64,000 nt of DNA from an uncultured delta proteobacterium (GCA_963815115.1 CAWFFN010000007.1:384001-448000), one strand, 5' to 3'; shown: positions 8,096 through 18,689, counted from the stretch's first letter. Translations and numbers: made by a program. The notes: generated from the letters alone by a model not told the origin.

Positions 8096-9228
8096 TGCGG
8101 GTCGCGCTCGTGATCGCCGGCCCGTACCCGGCTCATCGGGGCTCGCAGGTCCTGGTATCGCACCTCGCTCGCGGGCTCGGCGAGCGAGGCCACGACGTCT
8201 GCGTGGTCACCTACGGCGACCGCCTCGGGCGGCGCCCGGGGCCGCGACCAGGCCGCGTCCTGCTGGACGCGGTGCTGGTGGCCCGCCTGTGGCGCGTCGT
8301 GCGGCGCGACCGGATCGACGTCATCCACGCGCACAACTACGAAGCCGCCATCGCGGGGCTCCTGGTCGGGCGTGCGACGGGTCGCCCGCTCGTCTACCAC
8401 GGTCACAGCGCGCTGGCGCGGGAGCTGCCCACGTACGTCTCCGGGGCGGCTGCCCGCCGGGCGATGGGAAGGCTCGGACGGCTCCTCGACGCGCACGTGC
8501 CGCGGCGGGCGGATTTCTGCATCGCGGTGACCGAGGACCTGGGTGCTCACCTCCGCCGCACGGGCGTACACGAGCAGTCCCTCGCGTGCATCGCGCCCGC
8601 CGGCGCGCCGGACGAGCTGGCGGACGGTCGGGCAACAGCGGCCGAGCCCGGGCTCGTGTGCTACGCCGGCAACCTCGACGGCTACCAGAACCTCGACTTT
8701 TTGCTGCGCAGCTTCACGCTGGTGCGCGCCGCGGTCCCCGGGACCCGGCTCGTCCTGCTGACCCACGCCGAAGCGCGGGCCCACGCCGCCCGGATGACCG
8801 GGGCGGCCATGCCCCCGGACGTGGACATCGTCCAGGCGGCGTCGTACGAGGAGGTGCGCGATCGACTCGGGGCGGCCGCGGTCGCCGTCTGTCCCCGCGC
8901 GGAGCGCTCGGGGTTCCCCATGAAGCTTCTCAACTACATGGCGGCGGGCAAGGCGATCGTCGCGTGCGCCGGATCCGCCAAGGGCCTCGTCGACGGCGTC
9001 ACCGCCCGCGTGGTGCCCGACGAGGACGTCGCGGGATTCGCGGGCGCGGTGGTATCGCTGCTGCGCGATCCGGCCGCCCGGGCCCGGCTCGGCAGCGCCG
9101 CGCGCCGGGCGGTCGACAGCCGGGAGGCGTGGGACCAGGTCCTCGACCGGATCGAGTCCATCTATCGACAGGTGGTGACGGGGGCGCGGCGCGCGCTGCT
9201 TCCCGTCGCCGCACGGAGTGACGCATGA
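8095..9228 (+). CDS. GT4 family glycosyltransferase
   Basis: ATG overlaps upstream stop (TGATG); IHAHNYE, YAGNL, GFPMKLLNYMAAGK motifs. Confidence 0.85.
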   Translation: MRVALVIAGPYPAHRGSQVLVSHLARGLGERGHDVCVVTYGDRLGRRPGPRPGRVLLDAVLVARLWRVVRRDRIDVIHAHNYEAAIAGLLVGRATGRPLVYHGHSALARELPTYVSGAAARRAMGRLGRLLDAHVPRRADFCIAVTEDLGAHLRRTGVHEQSLACIAPAGAPDELADGRATAAEPGLVCYAGNLDGYQNLDFLLRSFTLVRAAVPGTRLVLLTHAEARAHAARMTGAAMPPDVDIVQAASYEEVRDRLGAAAVAVCPRAERSGFPMKLLNYMAAGKAIVACAGSAKGLVDGVTARVVPDEDVAGFAGAVVSLLRDPAARARLGSAARRAVDSREAWDQVLDRIESIYRQVVTGARRALLPVAARSDA

Positions 9229-10262
9229 CGAGACCTCGTGTCGCGATCACGATGGGCGATGCCGCCGGCATCGGTCCGGAGATCACCGTGAAGTCGCTGG
9301 CCGACCCGCGCGTGCTCGAGTGGTGCATCCCGTTCGTCATCGGCGACGCGCGGGTTCTCGAGCGCGCCATGGAGGCCACCGGCACGCGCCTCGCCGTCCG
9401 TCGGCTCGCCGCCCCCGGCGACGCCAGCGGTACGACGGGAACGCTCGACGTCCTCGACGACGCCGCGATCGACATGGCCACGCATCGCTGGGGCGAGATC
9501 GACCCGCGCTATGGCGAGGCGGCGGTGCGCTGGACCAAGCAGGCCGGACGGCTCGCTCTGACGGGCGAGATCGACGCCATGGTGTCGGCGCCGCTCAACA
9601 AGGAGGCCATGCACGCGGCCGGGTATCCCTACGAGGGCCAGACCGAGGTGCTCGGCGAGCTCACGGCCAGCAGGCCGGCGATGGTCATGGTGGTCGACCG
9701 CATGCGGCTCATGCTGTTCACGAACCACATGGCGCTGCGAGCGGTGTGCGAGTACCTGCGCACCGACCGCGTCCTCGATCGGCTCGTCCTCGCCGACGCG
9801 GCACTGCGCGACATGGGGATCGCCGGGCCCCGCATCGCCGTCGCCGGCCTCAACCCCCACGCCGGCGAGAACGGCGCCTTCGGGCGCGAGGAGCTCGACG
9901 CGATCGTGCCGGCCATCGAGGCGGCGCGGGCGCGTGGAATCGACGCGCGGGGACCGTTCCCCGCGGACACCGTCTTCCTCAAGTCACGCGAAGGCGCCTA
10001 CGACCTCACGCTCGCGCTGTACCACGATCAGGGGCTGATGGCGGTGAAGCTGGTCGGCTTCGGCCGGGTGGTGACGCTCCTCATCGGGCTGCCGCTCATC
10101 CGCACCTCGACCGGCCACGGCACGGCGTTCGACATCGCCGGCAAGAACATCGCCGATCACGTCAATCTGCTCGAGGCGGTCCGGGTCGCAGCCGAGGTGG
10201 CGCGCGGCAAGCAGGGGTCGCCCGAGCGGGGCCTGGCGGCGGCGTTCGGGAGAGCGGCGTGA
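9225..10262 (+). CDS. pdxA: PdxA-family 4-phospho-sugar-acid dehydrogenase (probably PdxA2 type)
   Basis: TMGDAAGIGPE, GLNPHAGE, GPFPADT, YHDQG, RTSTGHGTAFDIAGK; near a DUF1537 kinase. Confidence 0.88.
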   Translation: MTRPRVAITMGDAAGIGPEITVKSLADPRVLEWCIPFVIGDARVLERAMEATGTRLAVRRLAAPGDASGTTGTLDVLDDAAIDMATHRWGEIDPRYGEAAVRWTKQAGRLALTGEIDAMVSAPLNKEAMHAAGYPYEGQTEVLGELTASRPAMVMVVDRMRLMLFTNHMALRAVCEYLRTDRVLDRLVLADAALRDMGIAGPRIAVAGLNPHAGENGAFGREELDAIVPAIEAARARGIDARGPFPADTVFLKSREGAYDLTLALYHDQGLMAVKLVGFGRVVTLLIGLPLIRTSTGHGTAFDIAGKNIADHVNLLEAVRVAAEVARGKQGSPERGLAAAFGRAA

Positions 10263-10891
10263 GTCCGTCGCGCATCATCGACATCTCCGTCGCCAACGGC
10301 CCCGCGCAGCACGTCTATCCCGGCGATCCGCCGCCGCGCGTCGAGCAGGCGAAGGCGATCCGGGCGGGCGATGTCTGCAACGTGTCGCTGCTCACCATGG
10401 GCAGCCATACCGGGACCCACGTCGACGCGCCGTACCACTTCATCGAGGGCGGCGCTCGGCTGGGCGACGTCGCACTCGAGCGCATGGTGGGCGAGGCGGT
10501 CGTCGTCGACCTCCGCGGCCGGGCGGCGGTCGATGCCGCGGCCCTCGAGGGGGCGTCATTGCGAGCGGGCGACATCCTGCTCTGCCGCACCGACAACTCG
10601 TGGCGCTGGAACGCCGCCGAGTTCCAGCGCGACTTCGTGTACCTGACCCTGGACGCGGCCTCCTTGCTGGTCGAGCATGGCATCCGGGCCGTGGGCATGG
10701 ACTACCTGTCGATCGAGCAGTTCGGGAGCAGCGACTTTCCCGTGCATCACCGGCTGCTCGGGGCAGGCGTGTTCGTGATCGAGGGGCTCGACCTGCGTGC
10801 CGTCGAACCCGGGCGCTACACGCTGGTGTGCCTGCCGCTCAAGTTTCCCGACCTCGACGGCGCGCCGGCGCGAGCGGTCCTCCTCGGCTGA
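10259..10891 (+). CDS. Cyclase family metallohydrolase (kynurenine formamidase-like)
   Basis: HTGTHVDAPYH motif; C-terminal PLK..DGAPARAV; GTGA overlap. Confidence 0.85.
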   Translation: MSPSRIIDISVANGPAQHVYPGDPPPRVEQAKAIRAGDVCNVSLLTMGSHTGTHVDAPYHFIEGGARLGDVALERMVGEAVVVDLRGRAAVDAAALEGASLRAGDILLCRTDNSWRWNAAEFQRDFVYLTLDAASLLVEHGIRAVGMDYLSIEQFGSSDFPVHHRLLGAGVFVIEGLDLRAVEPGRYTLVCLPLKFPDLDGAPARAVLLG

Positions 10892-10904
10892 GGTGGCGGC
10901 CGCG

Positions 10905-12140
10905 GTGGACGCCCTGTACGTGATTGCCGACGATCTCACCGGGGCATGCGACGTCGGGGCCGCCCTGCTGCCGTGGCCGGCAGGGATCGCCGTCCATCCC
11001 GATGGGACGGCGGCACACGTCGCCGGCGATGAGACGGGGACGCTCATGGTGCGCAACACCCAGAGCCGGACGCTGTCTGCCGTCGAGGCGGCAGGCCGCG
11101 TGCGGTCCGCGCTGGCGCCGCTCGGCGGGAGCTTCCGCGGCATCGTTCTCAAGAAGATCGACACCGGCCTGCGGGGGCAGCTCGGGGCGGAGCTCGATGC
11201 GGCCATGGATGCGCTCGGCGCCGCGGAGGCGTTCGTGCTGCCGGCGATCCCGGAGGTCGGCCGCACCACGCTGCGCGGCGTTCAGCTGATCGACGGCGTG
11301 CCGGTGCACCGGACCGCGTTCGGTCGGGATCCCGAGAATCCGGTTTCCGACGCGAACGTCACGCGCGTGATCGCGGCCACGGCGCGCCGCCGCTCGGAGA
11401 CGGTGGCGCTCGAAGCGGTGCGCCAGCCCGGCGGAGTGGCCCGGGCCATCGAGGCGGCGAGAGCGCGCGGCGCCTGCATCCTGGTGGTGGACGCGGAGAC
11501 GGACGGTGATCTCGAGACGGTGGTCGAGGTGTTGCTGGCGCGCCCGCGACCGCTCCTCCTGGCGGGATCCATCGGCCTGGCCCGCGCGCTCCGGCGCGTG
11601 CTCTCGGGGGCGAGCGACGGGGTGGGTGGCCCGGCGGCGGGGCGGACCGGCGGGACGGGCGTGCTGGTGGTCAGCGGCAGCGCGCACCCCGTGGCGCGCG
11701 CGCAGCGCGAGTACGCAGTGCGCCGCGAGGCCCTCTCCGTGCTCGAGGTGAATCCCGGACCGGGCGCCGAGGCGACGGGCCGGGAGGCGGGCCGCCTGCT
11801 GGCGAACGAGATGAAGGTGGCCCTGGTGTCACCGGAGCGCCGGCTGTGCGGGTCCGAACGGGCGATCGCGGAGGCCTTGCGGGTGGCCGCCTGCGCTGCG
11901 CTCGCGGTGACGCGCGCTCGGGGCCTGGTGCTGATCGGCGGCGAGACGGCCTTCCACGTGCTCGGCGGGCTCGGGCATCCGTGCATCTCGATCGAGCAGC
12001 GGCTCGGGCCCCTCATCGTTCAGGGCCGCCTGCTGCACGGCGTGCACCGGGATATCCGGGTCGTCACCAAGGGAGGCTCGAGCGGACGCGAGGATCTCCT
12101 GGCCGACGTCGTCGCGGTGCTGGCGGGCGGGGGCGTGTGA
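10905..12140 (+). CDS. Four-carbon acid sugar kinase family (DUF1537, DtnK/OtnK-like)
   Basis: ADDLTGA.D, KKIDT.LRG, GGETA, TKGG motifs; start is GTG 10905 or 10893. Confidence 0.85.
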   Translation: MDALYVIADDLTGACDVGAALLPWPAGIAVHPDGTAAHVAGDETGTLMVRNTQSRTLSAVEAAGRVRSALAPLGGSFRGIVLKKIDTGLRGQLGAELDAAMDALGAAEAFVLPAIPEVGRTTLRGVQLIDGVPVHRTAFGRDPENPVSDANVTRVIAATARRRSETVALEAVRQPGGVARAIEAARARGACILVVDAETDGDLETVVEVLLARPRPLLLAGSIGLARALRRVLSGASDGVGGPAAGRTGGTGVLVVSGSAHPVARAQREYAVRREALSVLEVNPGPGAEATGREAGRLLANEMKVALVSPERRLCGSERAIAEALRVAACAALAVTRARGLVLIGGETAFHVLGGLGHPCISIEQRLGPLIVQGRLLHGVHRDIRVVTKGGSSGREDLLADVVAVLAGGGV

Positions 12141-12601
12141 TGCAGGTCGCCGACGGAACGGTGGTCGCCATCGAGTACACCGTCCACCTCGCGGACGGCA
12201 CGCTGCTCGACTCGACGGGCGACTGCGGTCCGGTGACGGTGATGGTCGGGTCCGGGCAGCTCTTTCCCGCACTCGAGGATCGCATCGCCGGCATGCAGCC
12301 CGGCGAGACCCGCCAGGTGAGCATCCCCGCAGCGGATGCCTACGGGGAGTGGCGGCAGGAGCTGGTGCGGCAGATGCCGCGCAGCCGCTTGCCTCCGGAC
12401 CTCGTCCTCGAGGTCGGGCACGAGTACCGTTTGAAGAGTCCCGACGGCAAGGTGCTGCGCTTCCGGCTGCTCCGGCTCGACGGCGACATGGTCGAGGCCG
12501 ACTTCAATCGCCCGCAAGCCGGTCAGGACCTGCGTGCCATGGTCACCGTCGTCGGGGTGCGGGCCCCGACCCCCGAGGAGGAGCGGCGGGGGCGGGTGTG
12601 A
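12140..12601 (+). CDS. slyD: FKBP-type peptidyl-prolyl isomerase, SlyD-like (no His-rich tail)
   Basis: IEYTV.L.DG..LDS, GQLFPALE, AYG, DFNRPQAG; TGATG overlap. Confidence 0.75.
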   Translation: MQVADGTVVAIEYTVHLADGTLLDSTGDCGPVTVMVGSGQLFPALEDRIAGMQPGETRQVSIPAADAYGEWRQELVRQMPRSRLPPDLVLEVGHEYRLKSPDGKVLRFRLLRLDGDMVEADFNRPQAGQDLRAMVTVVGVRAPTPEEERRGRV

Positions 12602-14830
12602 TCGCGCCGCCCGCGCCCGGCTGCCGCGTGGCGAGGGGACCGAGGAGACGGAAGCCGGTGCGGCCACCGAGCGCCAGCGCCTTCCCCCAGTCGCCGACCG
12701 TCAGCGCCGCCGCAACCGCGAGGGCGCGTTCGCGATATCGCCGATCACCGGTGCGAGCCGCGAGGTAGCCCAGCGGCAGCGCGTAGCGCGCGTCGGGAAA
12801 GCGGTCGGGCGGGGCCGTCACGAGCGCGTCGGCGTAGCGCGTGAGCCAGTCGAGCAGGCGCGGTTCCCCGTCGACGGCATGGACCGCGGCGAGGCCGTCG
12901 GCGAGGATGCCGATCTTCCAGTCGGCCGCTGCCGGGGAGGGCTCCCACGCATCGAGGCCCGCCGTCGCGAAGTGGCTGGCGGCGTCGCGGTACTTCGTCT
13001 CTCCCGTGGAGTCGGCCAGCGCGGCGAGCGCGATCATCGGCCATCCGAAGTGTCTGGGGTTGGCGGCCTTGCCCACCCGTCCGGCGAGCGCGTCGCCCAT
13101 CGCGCGCGCGGCGGCGAGGGAGCGGGGATCGCCGGTGAGACGGTGGTGGGTGATCAGGCCCTCGAGCCAGGTGTGGCCGAGATCGACGTTCTGCGGTGAC
13201 TCGGGCGCGAAGTGTCCCGCCTTGTGCGGATGGTTCAGCCCGACGCGGTCGGGATGCTCGGGATCGTGGTGCAGGATGTCGACGTCGCGATAGTGCAGCG
13301 CCGCGGCGGCGAAGCCGTCGAAGAACTCGCGCTTGCCGGTGGCGACCCAGCCGAGGCCGAGCACCTGCGTCAGGTCGTACTCCAGGTTGCCCCAGGCGTC
13401 GCAGCCCTCCCGGTGGTCGCGGTAGCCGGGAAAGTTCCAGTCCCCCCAGTTGAGGGCGCCGAAGTAGCCTACCCGCGGCCGTTCGGAGGCGCGTTCGGGG
13501 CAGGGCACGGGTGGTCCGTCGTCCCAGGATTCCGTGCGGACGCGCTTCTGGTAGCGGGTGAAGCTGGCCGACAGGCGATCCAGGAAGGAGGCCGCGCCGG
13601 TCGCCCGGGGGTCGAGTGACTGGGCGAGGGCACGCGTGGACACCACCCACCCCGCGTCGACGTGCGCCACGAGCGGCGCCGCGAGCGCCGCGGCGAGCTC
13701 CTCCGGAGACGTGGCGGCGGCCGGCGGCTGGACGGCGATCCATACCTCGTGCGTCTTGGCCGCCCCGCGCCCGAGGCGCACCGGGTCGGCGGCGCCCGCG
13801 AGCAGGCCGAGGCGGAGGCCGTCCTTTGCGAGGCGCAGCTCCTGGGGATACTGCTGCCAGCAGAGCGGCGAGACGATGATGACGGCCGCCGCGTCGTTTC
13901 GCGCTCGCGCCCAGCAATCGGCGTGGCCTCCGACGCCGTTGCCGTCGAGGAGCGCTTCGCCCGCATCCTCCTGGCGGACCGTGTGGCTCTCCGCGGCGAG
14001 TCGTCGAAGCGGCGCGTGCTGCCGGCGAGCCCCGTCTCGCCGGTCGTGAACGCCGCCGGTATCGCCAGCGTCATCGCCCGGAGCGGGAGATAGGGTGCGG
14101 ATCCCATGTGGGTGAGCGTGAGGCGCAAGCGCAGGGCGGGCTGGCCGGCGAACGCCGCCAGCCGCGCTTCGTAGGTGGCACCGTCAGCCCGGGTGCCACG
14201 CAGCAGGAGCTCGGTGCGCACGGGACCCTGCGTCTCGACCACCGTCGGGTGCGGCACGAAGCCGGCGCGCGCCCCTCCGGCGACGTCGACATCGGGCAGG
14301 GGGATCGGACCGAGCAGGCGTCTGCCCCCCGCGTCCACCCCGCGCGCGATCGCCGAGCCGTCGGTGGGTACGGAAACGCGCAGCGCGCCGCCGTCGATCA
14401 GCCGGACGTCGGGGCGCGATTCCAGACGGATCCGGGGTCCCGGAGCCGGCTCGGGCGGCGAGCCCTGCCGGAGCGTGTAGGTGGTCTCGGCGTTTGCCCG
14501 GACGTCGGCCAGGAAATCGACCAGGAGCCAGCGCACCGTGGCGTCGGGCCAGCGCTCGAGGACCGTGGTCTGTGAGCGCGCCGCCGCTCCGCCCGGCGCT
14601 GCCACCCAGACACGGCCGGGGTCGCGGACCGCGCCGCGCGGGAGCGGCACGCCGGTCGAGACCGGGGCCTGGTGGCGCGTGATGCCGGCGGGCTCCTCGA
14701 TCCCGAGCGGCACCGCGAGCGGCGCTGCCCGGGCGGACGAGCAGGCCAGGGCGATCGACTGCATGGCCGCGACGATGCCGGGAAGGGTGAAGCGGTGGCG
14801 CGCTGGGACGATGGACGGGAGCGGGCGCAC
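12543..14830 (-). CDS. Secreted exo-rhamnogalacturonan lyase (YetA/PcRGLX)-like protein, frameshifted near 14000
   Basis: N-terminal part in ORF 13469-15676 frame (PVSTGVPLPRG, RWPD.TVRW), continues in the 12543 frame (WQQYPQ, NWGDW, GNLEYD, HYRDVD, GHTW.EG); signal-peptide-like N-terminus; start 14830 or 14764. Confidence 0.65.
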
Positions 14831-14838
14831 CGACGGTG

Positions 14839-14927
14839 CTGCTAGCACCGGACACCTGGCCCGGCAAATCCGCCACGCTGCCCGTGCAGGCGTGCAGCTT
14901 GCGACCCGGGGCGCCCTTGCATAGAGT
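14839..14927. promoter_or_regulatory. Divergent promoter pair (lyase-like gene and epimerase)
   Basis: Minus: TTGCCG(14867-62)-N17-TAGCAG(14844-39), 8 nt before GTG 14830. Plus: TTGCGA(14899)-N17-TAGAGT(14922-27), 8 nt before GTG 14936. Confidence 0.55.
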
Positions 14928-14935
14928 CCGCCCTC

Positions 14936-15907
14936 GTGGCGAAGGGCACACTCTACCTGGTCACCGGCGGCGCCGGCTTCATCGGTTCGAACGTCGTGGA
15001 GGGACTCGTCCGGCGCGGCGATCGCGTGCGCGTGCTCGACAATCTCTCCACCGGTCGGCGCGAGAACCTGACGGGATTCGACGGGGTCGAGCTCGCCGAG
15101 GGCGACCTGCGCGATCCGGAAGCCGTACGGCGAGCCGTGGCCGGGGTCGAGGGCGTCTTCCATCAGGCGGCGCTGCGCTCGGTCCCGCGCTCGGTCGACG
15201 ACCCGATGAGCACCAACGACGTCAACGTCGGCGGGACGCTGAACCTGCTGATGGCCTGTCGCGAGGCGAAGGTCCGCCGGGTGGTGTACGCCTCCTCGTC
15301 GTCGGCCTACGGCGACGATCCCGCGCTCCCCAAGGTCGAGACCCTGCCGGCCAACCCGATCTCGCCGTATGCCGTCTCCAAGCTCGCCGCGGAGCACTAC
15401 TGCCGCACCTTCGCGCGGCTCTACGGGCTGGAGACGGTGAGCCTGCGCTACTTCAACGTCTTCGGGCCGCGCCAGAACCCGGAGTCGAAGTACTCCGCCG
15501 TCATCCCTCGGTTCCTCCAGCTGGCGCTCCAGCACGAGCCGCTCGAGATCCACGGCGATGGCGAGCAGTCGCGTGACTTCACCTACATCGACAACGTCGT
15601 GCAGGGGAACCTGCGGGCGATGGACACCCCCGGCGTCTCCGGCGAGGTCTTCAACCTCGCCTGCGGTACGCGCCATTCACTGCTGGCGATCGCCGATGCC
15701 ATCGGCGCGTTCCTCGGGCGCGAACTGCCGCGAACGCACACGCCGCCGCGAGCCGGCGACGTGCGTCACACGCTCGCCGACATCTCCAAGGCCGAGCGGC
15801 TGCTGGGCTACCGGCCCCAGGTCGACTTCGCGACCGGCATCCGACAGACCTGCGAATACTTCGTCAAGCGCTTCGGTGGGGACTCGCCCGCCGCGGCTGC
15901 CTCGTAG
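14936..15907 (+). CDS. NAD-dependent UDP-sugar 4-epimerase (WbpP-like extended SDR)
   Basis: TGGAGFIGS, HQAAL.SVPRS, YAVSK YxxxK, RYFNVFGPRQ. Confidence 0.92.
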   Translation: MAKGTLYLVTGGAGFIGSNVVEGLVRRGDRVRVLDNLSTGRRENLTGFDGVELAEGDLRDPEAVRRAVAGVEGVFHQAALRSVPRSVDDPMSTNDVNVGGTLNLLMACREAKVRRVVYASSSSAYGDDPALPKVETLPANPISPYAVSKLAAEHYCRTFARLYGLETVSLRYFNVFGPRQNPESKYSAVIPRFLQLALQHEPLEIHGDGEQSRDFTYIDNVVQGNLRAMDTPGVSGEVFNLACGTRHSLLAIADAIGAFLGRELPRTHTPPRAGDVRHTLADISKAERLLGYRPQVDFATGIRQTCEYFVKRFGGDSPAAAAS

Positions 15908-15925
15908 GGCGCGGCGCCGGGTCCC

Positions 15926-16207
15926 GTGGCCCTCGACGTCCTGCGCGAGGCCGACGACCTGGTCCGCGTGCTGGCGGACCTGGACGCCCGCCTGGCGCGC
16001 GCCGGAGTGCCCGGCCTCCCTGGACCCTCGGCGGTCGACGCCGATGCCGAGCGGGCGCTCGCGGCCTTCAGCCAGCAGGAGATGGCCTGGGCGATCGAAC
16101 GCGTCCGGCGCCTGATCGACATGCTGGTCGACCTCCAGTCGCGGCTCCAGGGGCTGCGCGCACTGAAGACGCGCGGAGCGAGGCTCGGGGAGCAGGGGAC
16201 GCCGTAG
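15926..16207 (+). CDS. Hypothetical 93-aa helical protein
   Basis: Fills the operon gap exactly; gene-like codon usage; no recognised motif. Confidence 0.6.
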   Translation: MALDVLREADDLVRVLADLDARLARAGVPGLPGPSAVDADAERALAAFSQQEMAWAIERVRRLIDMLVDLQSRLQGLRALKTRGARLGEQGTP

Positions 16208-16208
16208 C

Positions 16209-17361
16209 GTGGACCGACCGTATCGGGTGGCTTACGTGATCGGCGAGCTCGGCAAGGGCGGCGCCGAGTACCAGCTCTACGAGCTGGTCCGCGGTCTCGA
16301 TCGCACCCGCATCGACCCGGCGGTCTTCGTCCTCGCGTCGGGCGGCTACTGGACGGGCCCCCTGCGCGAGCTCGGAGTGGCCGTGGAGGAGATTCCCGGA
16401 CGCGGCTTCGCGGATCTCGGACGGCTCCGCCGGCTGCGCGCGGCCCTGCGCCGTTGCGCGGCGGACGTGCTGCACACGGTGCTGTGGTCGGGGAACTGCT
16501 ACGGACGCCTCGCCGCCGTCGGGCTCGGCATTCCCGTGATCATCGCCGCGGAGCGCAACGTCATCGCGCGGCCGCCATGGCAGGTGGGCATCGAGCGCCT
16601 GCTCGATCGCTGGACCGACGTGTACCTGGTGAACTCCGGCGCGGTGGTGCAGGGCCTGGTGTCGCGCGAGCACCTGCCGGCAGCAAAGATGCGGGTGGTG
16701 CCCAACGGGATCGACCTGACCCGCCTGCCGCAGTTCGCGCTCGACCGGCAGGATGCGCGACGCTCGGCGCGGGTTCGATCCACGGCGCCGCCTGGTTGCC
16801 CAGGTCGGCCGCCTCGCCCCGCAGAAGGACTACCCCACCTTCCTTGCCGCCGCCGCGCGGGTCGCCGCGCAGGTGCCCGACGTGGACTTTCTCGTCGTCG
16901 GCGAGGGGGAGCTCCGGGGCGAGCTGGAGGCGACGGCCACCCGCCTCGGCCTCGCAGGCCGCGTGCGCTTCCTCGGCCTGCGTCACGACGTGCCCGCGTT
17001 GCTGGGCGCCGTCGACGTCCTCGCGCTGACGTCGCTGTACGAGGGGCTTCCCAACGTGGTGATCGAGGCGATGGCGACGGGTGCGGTGGCGGTCGCCACC
17101 GACGTCGGCGGCTGCCGGGAGCTGCTGGCTCCCGGCGAGACCGGGTTCGTCGTGCCGCCCGGAGACGTGGAGGCCGTCGCGGCCGCCGTGCTCGCCGTCC
17201 TGCGAGCGCCGGAGACGGCGCGCCGGGTCGCCGCCGCCGCCCGCCGGCGCATCGAGGCCGAGTTCGGCCTCGATGCCATGGTGCAGCGGACGGTGGAGGT
17301 CTATGACACGTGGCTCGCGCGCAAGGGGCTCGCCGATCGCCGGGCGGTGGCTGCGGCCTGA
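16209..17361 (+). CDS. GT4 glycosyltransferase, frameshifted near 16770
   Basis: N-half (GGAE.QL, VNS, VVPNGID) in the 16209 frame; C-half (VGRL.PQKDY, EGLPNVVIEAMA) in the 16753 frame. Confidence 0.8.
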
Positions 17362-17367
17362 ACCCGC

Positions 17368-18645
17368 ATGCGCATCGCCTACGTCATCCCGGCCTATCCG
17401 CCGCTGCCCTCGCAGCCCTTCGTGGTGAACGAGATGGTCGCCGTCCAGGATGCCGGCCACGCCGTGGTGATCCTGCCGCTGTATGCGGGAGGCAAGGACG
17501 GCCTCCGGCACGGGACCTTCGCGCGCCTGCGGCCCGCGGCGGTGCTGCCCGCGCCGCTGTGCGACTGGCGCACCGCCGGGCTCGCCGGGCTGATCCTCCT
17601 GCGCCATCCCGTGCGGGTGCTGCGCACGTTGCTCGGCCTGCACTGGACCGCGGGCCGCAGCCTCGCATCGCATGCGCGCCTGATCGCCGTCACTCCGAAG
17701 GCGCTCGCGGCGGCGTGGCGGCTGCCCCGGCTCGGCGTCGAGCAGCTCCACGCCCACTTCGCCAACCAGACCGCCGACTGCGCCGCGATCGCCGGGAGCG
17801 TGGCCGACCTCCCGTTCTCGTTCACCGCCCATGCCTACGACATCTACTCGACCGACGCGCGGCTGCGGAACGCCACGCTCGACTGGAAGCTGCGCCACGC
17901 CGCGCGCGTCTTCGCCGTCAGCAACTTCGCACGCGACCTGTTGCGCGCCCGGCTCCCCGCCGCCGACCGCGAGCGGGTGTGCACGGCCTACGTCGGCATC
18001 CCGACGGGGCTCTTCCGGGCCGAGCCGCCGCCGTCCGACCGCGACGGCGTGCAGCTGCTCTGCGTCGCCCGCTTTCAGGAGAAGAAGGGGATCGACACCC
18101 TCCTCGAGGCGTGCGCGCTCCTTCGGGATCGGGGGATATCGTTCCGGCTCGACCTGATCGGCGATGGCCCCCTGCGGACCGATCTCGAGGCGCAGGTGGC
18201 GCGTCTCGACCTCGGACGGCACGTGACGCTGCCCGGGCCCCGATCGCAGGAGGAGGTCGCGCGGGCGATGAAGGCCTGCCATCTGGTCGTGATGCCGTGC
18301 CGCCGCGATCGCACCGGCGACATGGACGGCATCCCGACCGTCTTCATGGAGGCGCTCGCCACCGGGCGGCCGGTGGTGAGCTGCGCCGTGTCGGGGGTGC
18401 CCGAGCTGGTGCGCGACGGCGAGACGGGATTGCTCGTGCCGCCGGACGACCCGGGCGCGCTCGCCGGCGCGGTGGAACGGCTCGCGGGCGATCCGGCCCT
18501 GCGGGCGCGGCTGGGGACGCAGGGCAGGGCGCTGGTCGAGCGGCAGCACGATCAGGATCGCAACGCCCGCCGGGTGGTCGAGCTCCTCGCGGGCGAGCCC
18601 GCCGCGCCCGAGCCGGCGCCCCGCCGGCGCGCTCGCCACGGCTGA
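17368..18645 (+). CDS. GT4 glycosyltransferase (WcaL-like)
   Basis: HAHFA, FTAHAYDI, RFQEKKG, DGIPTVFMEALA, SGVPELV. Confidence 0.88.
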   Translation: MRIAYVIPAYPPLPSQPFVVNEMVAVQDAGHAVVILPLYAGGKDGLRHGTFARLRPAAVLPAPLCDWRTAGLAGLILLRHPVRVLRTLLGLHWTAGRSLASHARLIAVTPKALAAAWRLPRLGVEQLHAHFANQTADCAAIAGSVADLPFSFTAHAYDIYSTDARLRNATLDWKLRHAARVFAVSNFARDLLRARLPAADRERVCTAYVGIPTGLFRAEPPPSDRDGVQLLCVARFQEKKGIDTLLEACALLRDRGISFRLDLIGDGPLRTDLEAQVARLDLGRHVTLPGPRSQEEVARAMKACHLVVMPCRRDRTGDMDGIPTVFMEALATGRPVVSCAVSGVPELVRDGETGLLVPPDDPGALAGAVERLAGDPALRARLGTQGRALVERQHDQDRNARRVVELLAGEPAAPEPAPRRRARHG

Positions 18646-18689
18646 ACCGGCTCGACGCTTCACGCGGGAGGGGCTAGGGGGGAGGCTGG

